Source: an uncultured Bdellovibrionales bacterium
GTDB taxonomy: Bacteria; Patescibacteriota; Minisyncoccia; Moranbacterales; UBA2206
Length of the DNA stretch: 64,000 bases
Reading direction: 5' to 3'
Assembly (NCBI GenBank): GCA_964387895.1
Contig: CAYLWX010000002.1
Location: 15,779 to 79,778 of the forward strand
Shown here: positions 35,637 through 44,694 of the stretch, in pieces
Layout of the letters: every line of letters begins with the position of its first letter
Position numbering within the stretch: the stretch's first letter is position 1
Translations under genes and position numbers: made by a program
Notes under the pieces: generated by a model
The model's input: only the letters and a program-made list of their open reading frames with translations
The model's database searches: none
What the model was told of the DNA's origin: nothing

Positions 35637-36452
35637 TTATTCCTGGGTTCTTTCCTCAATAGCATCCCGTAATCCATAAATCTCCGTCGTATTTTCAAAC
35701 TCTTCGTCCGTCATCATATTTTTAAGCGTCGCGCGCATAGCTTTTACATTGCCTTTTGGACGAAGACCGCGGCAGCCCTGGCACATCATTTTGGAACTTG
35801 GACAGACTGCCTGGCAACCTCCCTGGATCATGGGACCAAAACAAGGTTTTTTATCCAGAAGAAGACAGCGATTGCCCAACTTTCTACATTCCACACACAC
35901 TGGCTGATCAGGAATTTCAGGAATCTTTCCTTCGATAATATCCGTCATATAGCGCAAAAATTCTTCACCGTCTATAGGACATCCCGGAAGCGTAAAGTCC
36001 ACTTTCACAAAATTATCCACTTCTTTAATTTCCGGATTAGAAACTCCCTGAATATATTTATAGACATGCTTGATCGTATTCTGCCCTTCCTGGTAATTTT
36101 TGATTTCCGGTATTCCTCCCATCGCCGCGCAATTTCCCAGTACTACCAGCAATTTACTTCGCTGTCTAAGTTGGAGAAGAGTTTTTATATTCTCTTCCGT
36201 CACCGGATTGCCTTCTATAATCCCCACATCGATATTTTCACCTTTATCTTCATCATCTTCCAGTAAACGAAAATCCACTAGTTCCACCTGCTGCAAAAAT
36301 TGTAAAAACCGCTCTCCTAAATCCAGAATGGCAAACTGGCATCCCTCACAGGAAGTAAGACTCACAATCGCAATTTTCGGTTTTGATCGATCTTTGGTTT
36401 TTATTTGTACCGCCAGATTCGAAATCTCCCGCGGATGAATAGATCCGGGCAT
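35637..36452 (-). CDS. [NiFe]-hydrogenase small/delta subunit with C-terminal poly-Cys Fe-S domain
   Basis: IAIVSLTSCEGCQ, GNCAAMGG, LPGCPIDG (complex I 20-kDa/NiFe small-subunit proximal-cluster motifs). C-terminal CVECRK...CFGPMIQGGCQAVCPSSKMMCQGCRG. Start set at 36452 (MPGSIHP). The track's N-terminus runs through the family-A repeat. Confidence 0.75.
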   Translation of the reverse strand: MPGSIHPREISNLAVQIKTKDRSKPKIAIVSLTSCEGCQFAILDLGERFLQFLQQVELVDFRLLEDDEDKGENIDVGIIEGNPVTEENIKTLLQLRQRSKLLVVLGNCAAMGGIPEIKNYQEGQNTIKHVYKYIQGVSNPEIKEVDNFVKVDFTLPGCPIDGEEFLRYMTDIIEGKIPEIPDQPVCVECRKLGNRCLLLDKKPCFGPMIQGGCQAVCPSSKMMCQGCRGLRPKGNVKAMRATLKNMMTDEEFENTTEIYGLRDAIEERTQE

Positions 36453-36495
36453 AATAGAGTTATCGATTATTGAAGCGAGGGTAGACACAATACTT

Positions 36496-36622
36496 AAATT
36501 TCCAATTCCCAAATCCCAATTTCCAATAAATGTCCAATGACCAAATTCCAAAAATTTTGCACATTGGGATTTGGGGTCCCGAGTACCCGGAATTGGAAAT
36601 TAGATATTGGGAATTGGAAATT
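36496..36622. repeat. family-A dyad element, copy with embedded GTCCCGAGTACCCGG palindrome
   Basis: aaatttccaattcccaaatcccaatttccaataaatgtccaatga ... ttgcacattgggatttggggtcccgagtacccggaattggaaattagatattgggaattggaaatt. Between hydG and the hydrogenase small subunit. Confidence 0.7.
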
Positions 36623-36687
36623 ACAGGAAATAAATTAAAAAAATTATAATCCAAACAGGCGGATCAACATATAAATTATATCACACT

Positions 36688-38082
36688 TTAGAAATACAAA
36701 TCTCTCTCTCCCTTCTCAATTCTCCCCAGTCTCTTTTCTGTCTCTTTTCTTACTTTCTTACTCGGTATTTCCCGCAGGTATTTTTTCATAATGTGTTCGC
36801 CTGATTCGCGCTCTTTGGGAGTGGCGTAATCTTCAAGATATTCTTTAAACGTGAGAATCGCGTTGGGGCGGCAGAAATTGTGAATGTTTCCAGGTTTGGC
36901 CAGATCCATAAAAGTCTCTCCGGTTCTTCCGGTTCGATAACAGGCGGTGCAAAAACTGGGAAGCAATTTTTGTTTTAAGATGCCCTGAATAAATTCCGCC
37001 ACGCTTCGATGATCGCTGGTATGAAACTGTTCTAATCTTTGTTCCTTTCCATATCCTCCCGGAGAAGTACGGGAGGCCGCGCTGGTTTGGGAAATGCCGA
37101 TCTTGAAAGCCCGCGAGCGAATTTGCGGCCGCTCGCGAGTGGAAATAATCATGCCGGTATAAGGTACGGCGAGGCGAAGTATCGCAATGATACGAAGCAA
37201 GTCCTGCTCGCTTACATGATACTTCGATTTGAAGGTTACCGTATCGGCCGGTTGCAATCGCGGTACGGAAATGGTATGCGGACCCACGCCGAATTTTTTC
37301 TCGAGATATTTCGCGTGGGAAAGCAGCCCTAATACTTCAAAACGATAATCGTATAATCCAAATAATACTCCCAATCCCACATCATCAATGTCAGCCCGAA
37401 AAGCGTTATCATGGGCAAAAAGCTGCCGCCGAAAATCAGCCTTGGGCCCATAGTGAAGCTTCTCGTAAGTTTCCAGGTGATACGTCTCCTGAAATAACTG
37501 ATACGTTCCGATGCCGGCCTTTTTGAGTTTGCGGTAATTTTCCACCGAAGTCGCGGCAATATTCACGTTCACTCTTCTGATAGCGCCGTTTTTTGATTTA
37601 GTTCCATAAATAGTTCTGATCACTTTCACTACATAATCAATAGTATTTTCTCCGGGATGCTCTCCAAATTCGAGCAGTAACCGCTTATGTCCCATATCCT
37701 CCAGTATTTTTACCTGTTCTTGTATCTCTTTTAAGGTAAGTTTTTTTCTCAGCGCCTTGTTACGCGCGTGAAACCCGCAATATTCGCAATCGTTCACGCA
37801 AAAACTGGAAATGTATAACGGGGCAAACAGCACCAGCCGTTCGCCGTATATTTCATCCTTGATCCTGCCCGCGACCTGGAATATTTCTTTCCAAAGCGCC
37901 TTGTCTTCGACCTGCAATAAATATCCGGCTTCCCTAAGATTCAGCCCCTTCTTTTTTTTAGCCTTTTCAAGCACAGAGCGCACCACTTCCTGTGAAGGGT
38001 TTTGCGTAGCACGTAATATAGCAACTATTTTTTTCTCGTTGATTATTGTTTTAATGTCAGACATAAAAAAATAATACCTCAT
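36688..38082 (-). CDS. hydG: [FeFe]-hydrogenase maturase HydG-like radical SAM tyrosine lyase
   Basis: Radical SAM CVNDCEYCGF (Cx3Cx2C) and a C-terminal CTAC-x22-C (Cx2Cx22C) auxiliary-cluster motif that distinguishes HydG from ThiH. ~460 aa. Confidence 0.7.
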   Translation of the reverse strand: MRYYFFMSDIKTIINEKKIVAILRATQNPSQEVVRSVLEKAKKKKGLNLREAGYLLQVEDKALWKEIFQVAGRIKDEIYGERLVLFAPLYISSFCVNDCEYCGFHARNKALRKKLTLKEIQEQVKILEDMGHKRLLLEFGEHPGENTIDYVVKVIRTIYGTKSKNGAIRRVNVNIAATSVENYRKLKKAGIGTYQLFQETYHLETYEKLHYGPKADFRRQLFAHDNAFRADIDDVGLGVLFGLYDYRFEVLGLLSHAKYLEKKFGVGPHTISVPRLQPADTVTFKSKYHVSEQDLLRIIAILRLAVPYTGMIISTRERPQIRSRAFKIGISQTSAASRTSPGGYGKEQRLEQFHTSDHRSVAEFIQGILKQKLLPSFCTACYRTGRTGETFMDLAKPGNIHNFCRPNAILTFKEYLEDYATPKERESGEHIMKKYLREIPSKKVRKETEKRLGRIEKGERDLYF

Positions 38083-38130
38083 ACTTTACGAAGGGGCGAG
38101 GGAGGACAAGGACATAACTAAAATATGGCA

Positions 38131-38160
38131 GGAGCGGGTTTGCAAACCCGCTCCTCTATT
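38131..38160. terminator. hairpin ggagcgggtttgcaaacccgctcc with flanking T-rich run, downstream of doxX and upstream of hydG
   Basis: Perfect 10-bp stem with a 4-nt loop. Confidence 0.4.
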
Positions 38161-38190
38161 TTACTTGCTTTATTGACTTTGTAAATATAA

Positions 38191-38628
38191 CTATTTCGTC
38201 TCTTCTGTTTTATTAGAGTATTCGCATACCCCCAATACTCTTGCCAAAGAATATTTCCCCACTCCTAAAAGCGTGATGCTCAGCGCGGCAAGAAGCAATA
38301 CTAAATCATATTCATATCCTCCTACAAAACCCTTGCTAAACTTGACCAGGAAGATCGCTCCCACCATTACTGCCGCGATTCCTATTCCTGCCATCCGCAC
38401 GCACAATCCTAAAATCATAGCGGCCCCTCCTAATGTTTCAATTGCTATCACAAGATAGGCAAGAAAAGCAGGAACTCCCAAAACGCCAAAAAATCCTACC
38501 GTACTGTCGAGCGTGGTAAGTTTTTGGATTCCATGAACTAAAAACACCACTCCCACTCCTAACCGGATAAGCAATATGCCCACATTAGGACGGCGTATCC
38601 ATTGGCGCTTGTTTCCACACATACACAT
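38191..38628 (-). CDS. DoxX family membrane protein
   Basis: LIRLGVGVVFLVHGIQKL, four TM helices. Confidence 0.7.
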   Translation of the reverse strand: MCMCGNKRQWIRRPNVGILLIRLGVGVVFLVHGIQKLTTLDSTVGFFGVLGVPAFLAYLVIAIETLGGAAMILGLCVRMAGIGIAAVMVGAIFLVKFSKGFVGGYEYDLVLLLAALSITLLGVGKYSLARVLGVCEYSNKTEETK

Positions 38629-38702
38629 AGTTTTATTTTAAATATTAAGAATACACTTTTTCTATTGTAGCATTTTTTGCGTATCTGTAAAATTCGCTCA
38701 TC

Positions 38703-38779
38703 TGGTGCACGCATCCGGACTCGAACCAGAGACCTCTTCAGTGTGAATGAAGCGCTCTAACCAACTGAGCTATGCGTGC
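38703..38779 (-). tRNA. tRNA-Val (anticodon CAC), CCA encoded
   Basis: Reverse complement GCACGCATAGCTCAGTTGGTTAGAGCGCTTCATTCACACTGAAGAGGTCTCTGGTTCGAGTCCGGATGCGTGCACCA. Confidence 0.9.
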
Positions 38780-38784
38780 GGAAA

Positions 38785-39462
38785 TTATATATCAATAGTA
38801 AAAAGTATCCTATCCCCGCTTCCTTCGAACGCTTCCTTTTCCAGTGGATTTTTCAAAATTTCCCGAAGAACAAGATTATCCGGAGTATTTTGCAAAGCTC
38901 CTTCATCCATAAAAAACGCTTTTGCCAGGGCGGGAGCATTATTCACACTGGAGTAATATTTCAGCGTTCCAATACTTTGAAATCCCAGCGAATCATAAAA
39001 TCCTTCATGTTTAGGATTAATGGCAATACACAGTGTGTCAATATCGTGAAAATGCGCGTAGTAAAAAACCACACGAAACAGCGAAAGCAATACTAATGAC
39101 TGCGCTTTTATTTTATTTTTCCCTATACCCTCCATATGCTCCCTATTGATCGCCAGTTGGGAAATTTCCGCGATTTTTCTGTTTTTATTTCTTAGCGCGT
39201 TTACCTCTTCTTTATAAATAGCTTCCATGGGCATGCCACGCGCTCCGTCTGTTACAATAGAAATAGTCGCAAGTAAAGTTTCCCCTATCCCAGCCTGAAA
39301 TGTAACAGATACCGGGAGAAGATTACCATGGGATACTGGATTTTTTTTTGAGCGCTCCGCTTTATCAATATACCCTTCTTTCAGGTATTCTTTACGCACT
39401 AATTGGGAAGATTTTTCAAACTTGTCTTTGGAGACGATAAGAGAAAAGACAATTTCAGACAT
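38785..39462 (-). CDS. putative acyl-ACP-dependent N-acyltransferase (OlsB / N-acyl amino acid synthase-like GNAT-fold)
   Basis: 225 aa. Weak resemblance to the Acetyltransf_5/OlsB family. Last gene of a nine-gene operon that also encodes an ACP, a PPTase and a PlsC acyltransferase. Assignment is tentative. Confidence 0.35.
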   Translation of the reverse strand: MSEIVFSLIVSKDKFEKSSQLVRKEYLKEGYIDKAERSKKNPVSHGNLLPVSVTFQAGIGETLLATISIVTDGARGMPMEAIYKEEVNALRNKNRKIAEISQLAINREHMEGIGKNKIKAQSLVLLSLFRVVFYYAHFHDIDTLCIAINPKHEGFYDSLGFQSIGTLKYYSSVNNAPALAKAFFMDEGALQNTPDNLVLREILKNPLEKEAFEGSGDRILFTIDI

Positions 39463-39469
39463 ATCCTTT

Positions 39470-41050
39470 TTAATATTGAGGCATTAAAATTACTTCCCTT
39501 TCATGCACTCCGCTCAGTATCTCGGTGAAGTTATCATCAGAAATTCCTGTTTCTATTTCCGCTTTTATATTTTTTCCATTTCTTACCATGTTCACAAAGC
39601 TTTTTCCTCCCGCTTTTTCTATATAACGGCCAGGCACTCTTATCGCGGTATCTTTTCTTCCAAATTCAATCCTGGCATCCGCCGTCATCCCTTCCCTGGC
39701 GCCAAAAACGAATCCCTCCAAAGATATGTTAGCTCTATAATATACATCTCCATTTTTATTCATCGGCTGGGGATCGATGGAAGTCACTTTTCCGGTTACT
39801 TTTTCGTCAGGGAAAGCCTTCAACTTCACATTCACATTATTCCCTATACTCACGTTCACGATATCCTCTTCCGGAACATCCGCGTGCAACTTTTGGTTAA
39901 AGGCGGAAAAAATCACCGCCGTTTGTCCTCCGGGAAACGCGGGAATAACTTCAGACTCTTTGAATAAAGTTTTCATTACCATTCCGTCCATTGGCGCTTT
40001 CAGAGTTGATTTATCAAGTTTATTATTCAAAATATCTATATTACTATGTATAAAATCAACTTCACTTTGAGCCATTCGCACGTCCTCGCTTCTCACCTTC
40101 GCGTCCGCGAACACAAGATTTTTCTGGGCTACATCACGATCGCCCTTCGCCTCACCCAAATCTATTACTGACTCTCTCACCGCGACCTTCGCCGCGTCCA
40201 TATTAGTTCTGGCCAAAGAAACGGAAGATTTCCATGAATCTATAGTAGCCTGGGACACGCCGTTATCCGTAGTAAGCTGGTTCACCGCCTGGGCAATTTT
40301 GTCCAGATAAGACTGGATGCTATCCATCCGGCTGTACCCTTTATCTAATGCATCGTCCAAATCATCTGAATACTCCAGCGCGTCCACTGAATCTTCCCAG
40401 TCATCAAGCTTTTCTTCCAATGAGCTTCTTTTAGATTCGATGTCACTCTCAAGACTGGAATCTCCAATGGTAAAGTTTAACCGGGGATTAGCGCTATCAG
40501 GATTAGAAAACATCTGGTTGGTTTTTCCGCGAACCGAGTCTTCTCCCGCCGTGTAAGCGCTCCTGACTACATCTACCAGGGCCTTCTTCGCGTCCTTAAT
40601 GGAACTGTTATAGGCTTTTACTTTTTCCTTATAGACTTGGATGCTTTCTTCGGTAGCTCCTGCCAGTATTTTGTCCAGATTCGCCTGGGATTTAATTAAA
40701 GACGCGTTAAGTCCCTTCATTTCCAGATCCAGATCATTGGTCTCAAGTTTCATAAGCGGATCCCCCTTCTTCACCGTAGCGCCCGCGGGAGCAAAAATTT
40801 TCTCGACTTTTCCGGAAAAAGAATAGGCCAGATTAAGATTTTCTTCCGAAACAACCACCGCGTCATCTATATCCACGTATTTTACCACTATGCCCCTTTC
40901 CGCCTGTACTGATTCTCCTGACTGCCCTTTATTATTGCTTGATTTATTATCATCTTTTTCAGCGGCCAAAATGCTCGCGCCCAAGAATACAAGCATAACC
41001 GAATTAGCGATGAAAAATAATATGATTAATATTTTTTTTATTTTTACCAT
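39470..41050 (-). CDS. HlyD/MacA-family periplasmic adaptor (membrane fusion) protein
   Basis: N-terminal TM anchor, ~200-aa coiled-coil hairpin, biotinyl/lipoyl-like and beta-barrel segments. Confidence 0.7.
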   Translation of the reverse strand: MVKIKKILIILFFIANSVMLVFLGASILAAEKDDNKSSNNKGQSGESVQAERGIVVKYVDIDDAVVVSEENLNLAYSFSGKVEKIFAPAGATVKKGDPLMKLETNDLDLEMKGLNASLIKSQANLDKILAGATEESIQVYKEKVKAYNSSIKDAKKALVDVVRSAYTAGEDSVRGKTNQMFSNPDSANPRLNFTIGDSSLESDIESKRSSLEEKLDDWEDSVDALEYSDDLDDALDKGYSRMDSIQSYLDKIAQAVNQLTTDNGVSQATIDSWKSSVSLARTNMDAAKVAVRESVIDLGEAKGDRDVAQKNLVFADAKVRSEDVRMAQSEVDFIHSNIDILNNKLDKSTLKAPMDGMVMKTLFKESEVIPAFPGGQTAVIFSAFNQKLHADVPEEDIVNVSIGNNVNVKLKAFPDEKVTGKVTSIDPQPMNKNGDVYYRANISLEGFVFGAREGMTADARIEFGRKDTAIRVPGRYIEKAGGKSFVNMVRNGKNIKAEIETGISDDNFTEILSGVHEREVILMPQY

Positions 41051-41061
41051 AGCGTTAAAAT

Positions 41062-41790
41062 CTATACATGTTGGGCACGGGAGTAAAAACGATTTTTTTC
41101 ATTTCCAACAAGCTTTCCATCCCGGAGAGTGATAATCCTGTCAGCCGATTGGGCTTCTTCTCTTTCATGAGTCACCAATATCATGGTTCTATGAAACACC
41201 TTATTTGCTTTTTTCAAAAAATCAATAACCATCCGTCCATTTTCTAAATCAAGATGAGCAGTAGGTTCATCTACGAGGATAATGAGAGAATCTTTCGCCA
41301 ACGCCCTGCCAATAGCCACTCTCTGCTGTTCTCCCCCTGAAAGCTCCCGCGGAAAGAAAGAAGCTCTGTCCTTAAGACCCAGAAAATCAATAATGCGCTG
41401 CGCCCTGCTTTTAGCCTCACTGCCGCTTAATCGCTGCAACTTTAACTGAAAAATAATATTTTCAACCGCCGTGTAATTTTCTATCAGGTTAAAAAACTGA
41501 AAAATAAATCCTACGGATTGCAACCGAAATTTATTTTTTTCCTTTTCAGAAAGCTTTTGAGTATCATTGCCATTTATAATTATTTTTCCGCCGGTAGGAT
41601 CGTCCAGAAGGCCGAGAAGGTTAAGCAAGGTTGTCTTGCCCGATCCGGATGAACCGTTAATAGCCAGAAATTCACCCCGCGAGACTTCAAAACTTACTCC
41701 GTTAAGAGCCGGCACTGTAACATATTTGCTCACTTTATATTCTTTATAAAGGTCCTGGACGCTTATTAACGTATCCGCAGTTTCATCCAT
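41062..41790 (-). CDS. ABC transporter ATP-binding protein, MacB/LolD/FtsE-type
   Basis: GSSGSGKTT Walker A, LSGGEQQRVAIGRAL signature, ILVDEPT Walker B. Confidence 0.85.
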   Translation of the reverse strand: MDETADTLISVQDLYKEYKVSKYVTVPALNGVSFEVSRGEFLAINGSSGSGKTTLLNLLGLLDDPTGGKIIINGNDTQKLSEKEKNKFRLQSVGFIFQFFNLIENYTAVENIIFQLKLQRLSGSEAKSRAQRIIDFLGLKDRASFFPRELSGGEQQRVAIGRALAKDSLIILVDEPTAHLDLENGRMVIDFLKKANKVFHRTMILVTHEREEAQSADRIITLRDGKLVGNEKNRFYSRAQHV

Positions 41791-42981
41791 TTAGATAGCA
41801 TTACGAATTACGTCTGCGATTCTTGTTTTAGCGGCAATGTAGGAAGGAATAATGCTTCCCGCAAGTGAAGCTCCCACTAGAATAAAAAATAATTTTATTG
41901 CTTCTCTTTCCACAAAGACAGTGTGAAAATCTCCAATCAAAAGATTTATAGGATGGTTAGTCGAGTAAATATTCAGCAGCATAAACAACAGAAAACCGAT
42001 AAAATAGGACAAGCTGGCATACACAAAGGTCTCGAAAATATAAATTGCGACCACAAATCTGTTGCTCGCTCCCATTGACTTAAGAATTCCAATCTGTCTT
42101 CGGCGCTGAAATACGTTAATAAATATTATCACACTCATTATAACAAACGTAGTTTCAATTAACAAATTAGTAATACTTCCCGTGATAAACACTACCGCCG
42201 CGATAATGTCCTTAATGTATCCTGCTTCGTCTTCCCACGTAAACACCGCTATCCCCTGCAATTGATTCTGAATTAACCTGCGGACATCCTCCATCCTGGA
42301 GGAGTCTTTCAGTCTCACGACTATCTCACTATCCTTTCCTCGTCCATCTATGCGTTCTGTTTCTTTTTTAGGCAAGACAGCCCACCAGTTGGAAAGAAAG
42401 TTTTTAGCGTCAAAAATTCCTACCACCGTATAGTTTTCCCATTCCCCTTCAACCGATCTGATTTTTACTTGTTCTCCTACGCGAATCATCTTTCCATCAT
42501 ACGCCAATCCTTCCAACGCGTCGGCAAACGTAATTCCCAGAGCAACGCTTTTAGTGTCATGCGGGTCAATAAACCTGCCGTGAATAATTCGCTCGGAAAC
42601 CTTCGAAGTTCTAATCTCGTTGAATACATCGACTCCCAGAATCGCATAGGGACGACTTATCCGGTTATCGTATTCGAAATCTGCCTGCCCATGGTTTCTT
42701 ATGCTGTAAGATTCCACTTCTTTTATCCGGGAAAGGTACTCCGCTACTTCGGATACATTTTCTATCTTCTTCTTTTTTTTCTCCGGCTTTACACGCAGAT
42801 GAGCATTAGTATCAACTTCCCCGTTTATTAAAGTTGCCTTAAACCCTTCCAGCACGCCAGAAGAAATAAACACCGCGGTAAACGCCGAACTTAGGCTTAT
42901 AATCGTAAGCACTAACACGGTCCTGCTTTTGGAAACATCTCTTAAGGCAAACGATATGAGGATGAGTATTCTGTTTAGCAT
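41791..42981 (-). CDS. ABC transporter permease, FtsX/MacB-type with large extracytoplasmic domain
   Basis: TM1, a ~220-aa periplasmic domain, three C-terminal TM helices. Abuts the ATPase gene. Confidence 0.75.
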   Translation of the reverse strand: MLNRILILISFALRDVSKSRTVLVLTIISLSSAFTAVFISSGVLEGFKATLINGEVDTNAHLRVKPEKKKKKIENVSEVAEYLSRIKEVESYSIRNHGQADFEYDNRISRPYAILGVDVFNEIRTSKVSERIIHGRFIDPHDTKSVALGITFADALEGLAYDGKMIRVGEQVKIRSVEGEWENYTVVGIFDAKNFLSNWWAVLPKKETERIDGRGKDSEIVVRLKDSSRMEDVRRLIQNQLQGIAVFTWEDEAGYIKDIIAAVVFITGSITNLLIETTFVIMSVIIFINVFQRRRQIGILKSMGASNRFVVAIYIFETFVYASLSYFIGFLLFMLLNIYSTNHPINLLIGDFHTVFVEREAIKLFFILVGASLAGSIIPSYIAAKTRIADVIRNAI

Positions 42982-42998
42982 GGGATATATTGTATGAA

Positions 42999-43892
42999 TC
43001 AGGTTCTACGCGACTTCAATAAAAATTTTTTCGCGTACCAGATTTTTAGTCTTTGCGTGATATTTTTATTACCGCCATAAATATACTTTTTTTTGTATTT
43101 TTTCACAAAGGGATCAAACTGAGACACAAAGGGAACCGTGTCTACTTTTTTACCAAGAATAATTTTAACAATCTCAGAACCAACCAGGACGGCGCACATT
43201 AGTGGTCCAATTCCAAGCGAAGGCGCTTTTTGGTCGTGAAAATCAATCGATTGCGGACGGAAATAAGAAGAGTGAATAAGAAAAGGACTTACCCCGAGAG
43301 AAAACCGTACCATCATTTCAGAATAATCCATGGCATCATCTATATTAAAATACTCTTCAAATGTCATACCTGATGGATCAAACACCAAAAGGGAAGCACC
43401 AAATCCTATCGGTCCGGAAGTTATCACAGGGATCCCTTTTCTTCTGGCTTCTCGAAAAAGCATCAAGCGATCCTTTATACAGAAAAAATCCAACCCGTCT
43501 ACTGCCACATTTGCCCCTTCTAAAAATATATCTACATTGTCTTTATGTATTCCATCCTCAAAAGCAGTTATATGTAAGAACGGATTTATGGCTTTAGCCA
43601 TTTTTCTCATTACCTCGCATTTTTTTTCTCCTAACGTGTTCGTATTGGCGCCCGCCTGGCGATTAATGTTAGCAACTTCGAAGGAATCAAAATCAGCAAT
43701 TGAAAAGTTTCCAATGCCGACCCTGGAAAGACTTAAGAGATAATTCCCGCCTACTCCGCCCATTCCCGCGATAGCAACTTTGGCCATCTTTAACTTATTC
43801 TGTTCTGAGAGTGATAAAACGCCAATATTTCTAGCATAAGCTTCCTGGTAAAAATCACTTTTCTTTTTCTCAAAATGTGTGTCATTAACCAT
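42999..43892 (-). CDS. ThiF/MoeB/HesA-family E1-like adenylyltransferase
   Basis: IAGMGGVGGNYLLSLSRVGIGNFSIADFDSFEVANINRQ is the E1 Rossmann nucleotide-binding motif. Confidence 0.7.
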   Translation of the reverse strand: MVNDTHFEKKKSDFYQEAYARNIGVLSLSEQNKLKMAKVAIAGMGGVGGNYLLSLSRVGIGNFSIADFDSFEVANINRQAGANTNTLGEKKCEVMRKMAKAINPFLHITAFEDGIHKDNVDIFLEGANVAVDGLDFFCIKDRLMLFREARRKGIPVITSGPIGFGASLLVFDPSGMTFEEYFNIDDAMDYSEMMVRFSLGVSPFLIHSSYFRPQSIDFHDQKAPSLGIGPLMCAVLVGSEIVKIILGKKVDTVPFVSQFDPFVKKYKKKYIYGGNKNITQRLKIWYAKKFLLKSRRT

Positions 43893-43906
43893 GTGGTAAG
43901 AGGCCG

Positions 43907-44668
43907 TTATTTTTTGTTAATAAAATTCAATGCCTCATTAAGGATATCCGGATTCACGTTTATAAAAGAATGCCCGCACGTAAGTTCTTTGAAATTTCCC
44001 TTCCGGGAAATTTGGTATTTCAGGGGAACGAGAATGTCTTTCCTGCAGGAAATATACAAATGCTTTTCGACTGAATTTTTATCCTGTATATATTCTAATA
44101 CTCCATTCCACGGTTCTGGATTAAAGGAAAAATTCTTATTATACTTATACGCTAATTCTGTGCTGGGAATAGGGATTGCGGGAGATATGATGGTAACCAG
44201 CTTGTCTACTTTTTCAGATCCATGCAACTTTTCTACGTAGTATCTTGCCGTGACTCCCCCCAGACAAATACCGATAATATTTAATTTTTTAGTCTTAGTT
44301 TCTTTAAGCACCTCGTCCACGTATTGACTAAGTTTCTTCGCTGACATATCCGGAGAGTCTTTATAATCATATTCAAATGAAACTACGCGCAATCCATTCT
44401 CCTTGAACCAGAGTGCCGTTCCGTATACATCCTTGTAGTACTCAGCCCCCGCTCCATGCACAAGAATAGTTAGCGAAGTTTGATTTTTTTTCGCATTCTC
44501 TATGCTTTCCTCATTGAATGTGTCCATTTTTTCCCTGGTTCCCGAGAGAGAAATCAGACTATAATACAGCTTGCTGCTGAAATTATTAAAATAATTAGAT
44601 GAGTTCAACCACGCAATAACCAAAAGCACTGTCAATACTACTACGATGATACCCGCTATTTTAAACAT
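43907..44668 (-). CDS. alpha/beta-hydrolase (lipase/esterase-like) with N-terminal TM anchor; nucleophile elbow is G-I-C-L-G (Cys in place of Ser)
   Basis: LVHGAGAEYY oxyanion region and IIGICLGG elbow. Confidence 0.55.
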   Translation of the reverse strand: MFKIAGIIVVVLTVLLVIAWLNSSNYFNNFSSKLYYSLISLSGTREKMDTFNEESIENAKKNQTSLTILVHGAGAEYYKDVYGTALWFKENGLRVVSFEYDYKDSPDMSAKKLSQYVDEVLKETKTKKLNIIGICLGGVTARYYVEKLHGSEKVDKLVTIISPAIPIPSTELAYKYNKNFSFNPEPWNGVLEYIQDKNSVEKHLYISCRKDILVPLKYQISRKGNFKELTCGHSFINVNPDILNEALNFINKK

Positions 44669-44694
44669 TGGATTATGATAATAATTTTTAGAAT

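Noticed and set aside
367-36551. Long N-terminal extensions in the ORF track for dnaE (367), nusG (23237), the HypA-like gene (34317), the hydrogenase large subunit (35698) and small subunit (36551), adk (55842), miaB (6323) and miaA (7974)
   Set aside because: The extensions read through palindromic repeat elements or overlap the upstream gene. Internal ATGs give N-termini matching family consensus (MSKFTHLHVHS, MAKQTQ, MHD, MDILIQ, MPGSIHP, MNIVILG, MKYYIKTFGC, MKKIIVILG).
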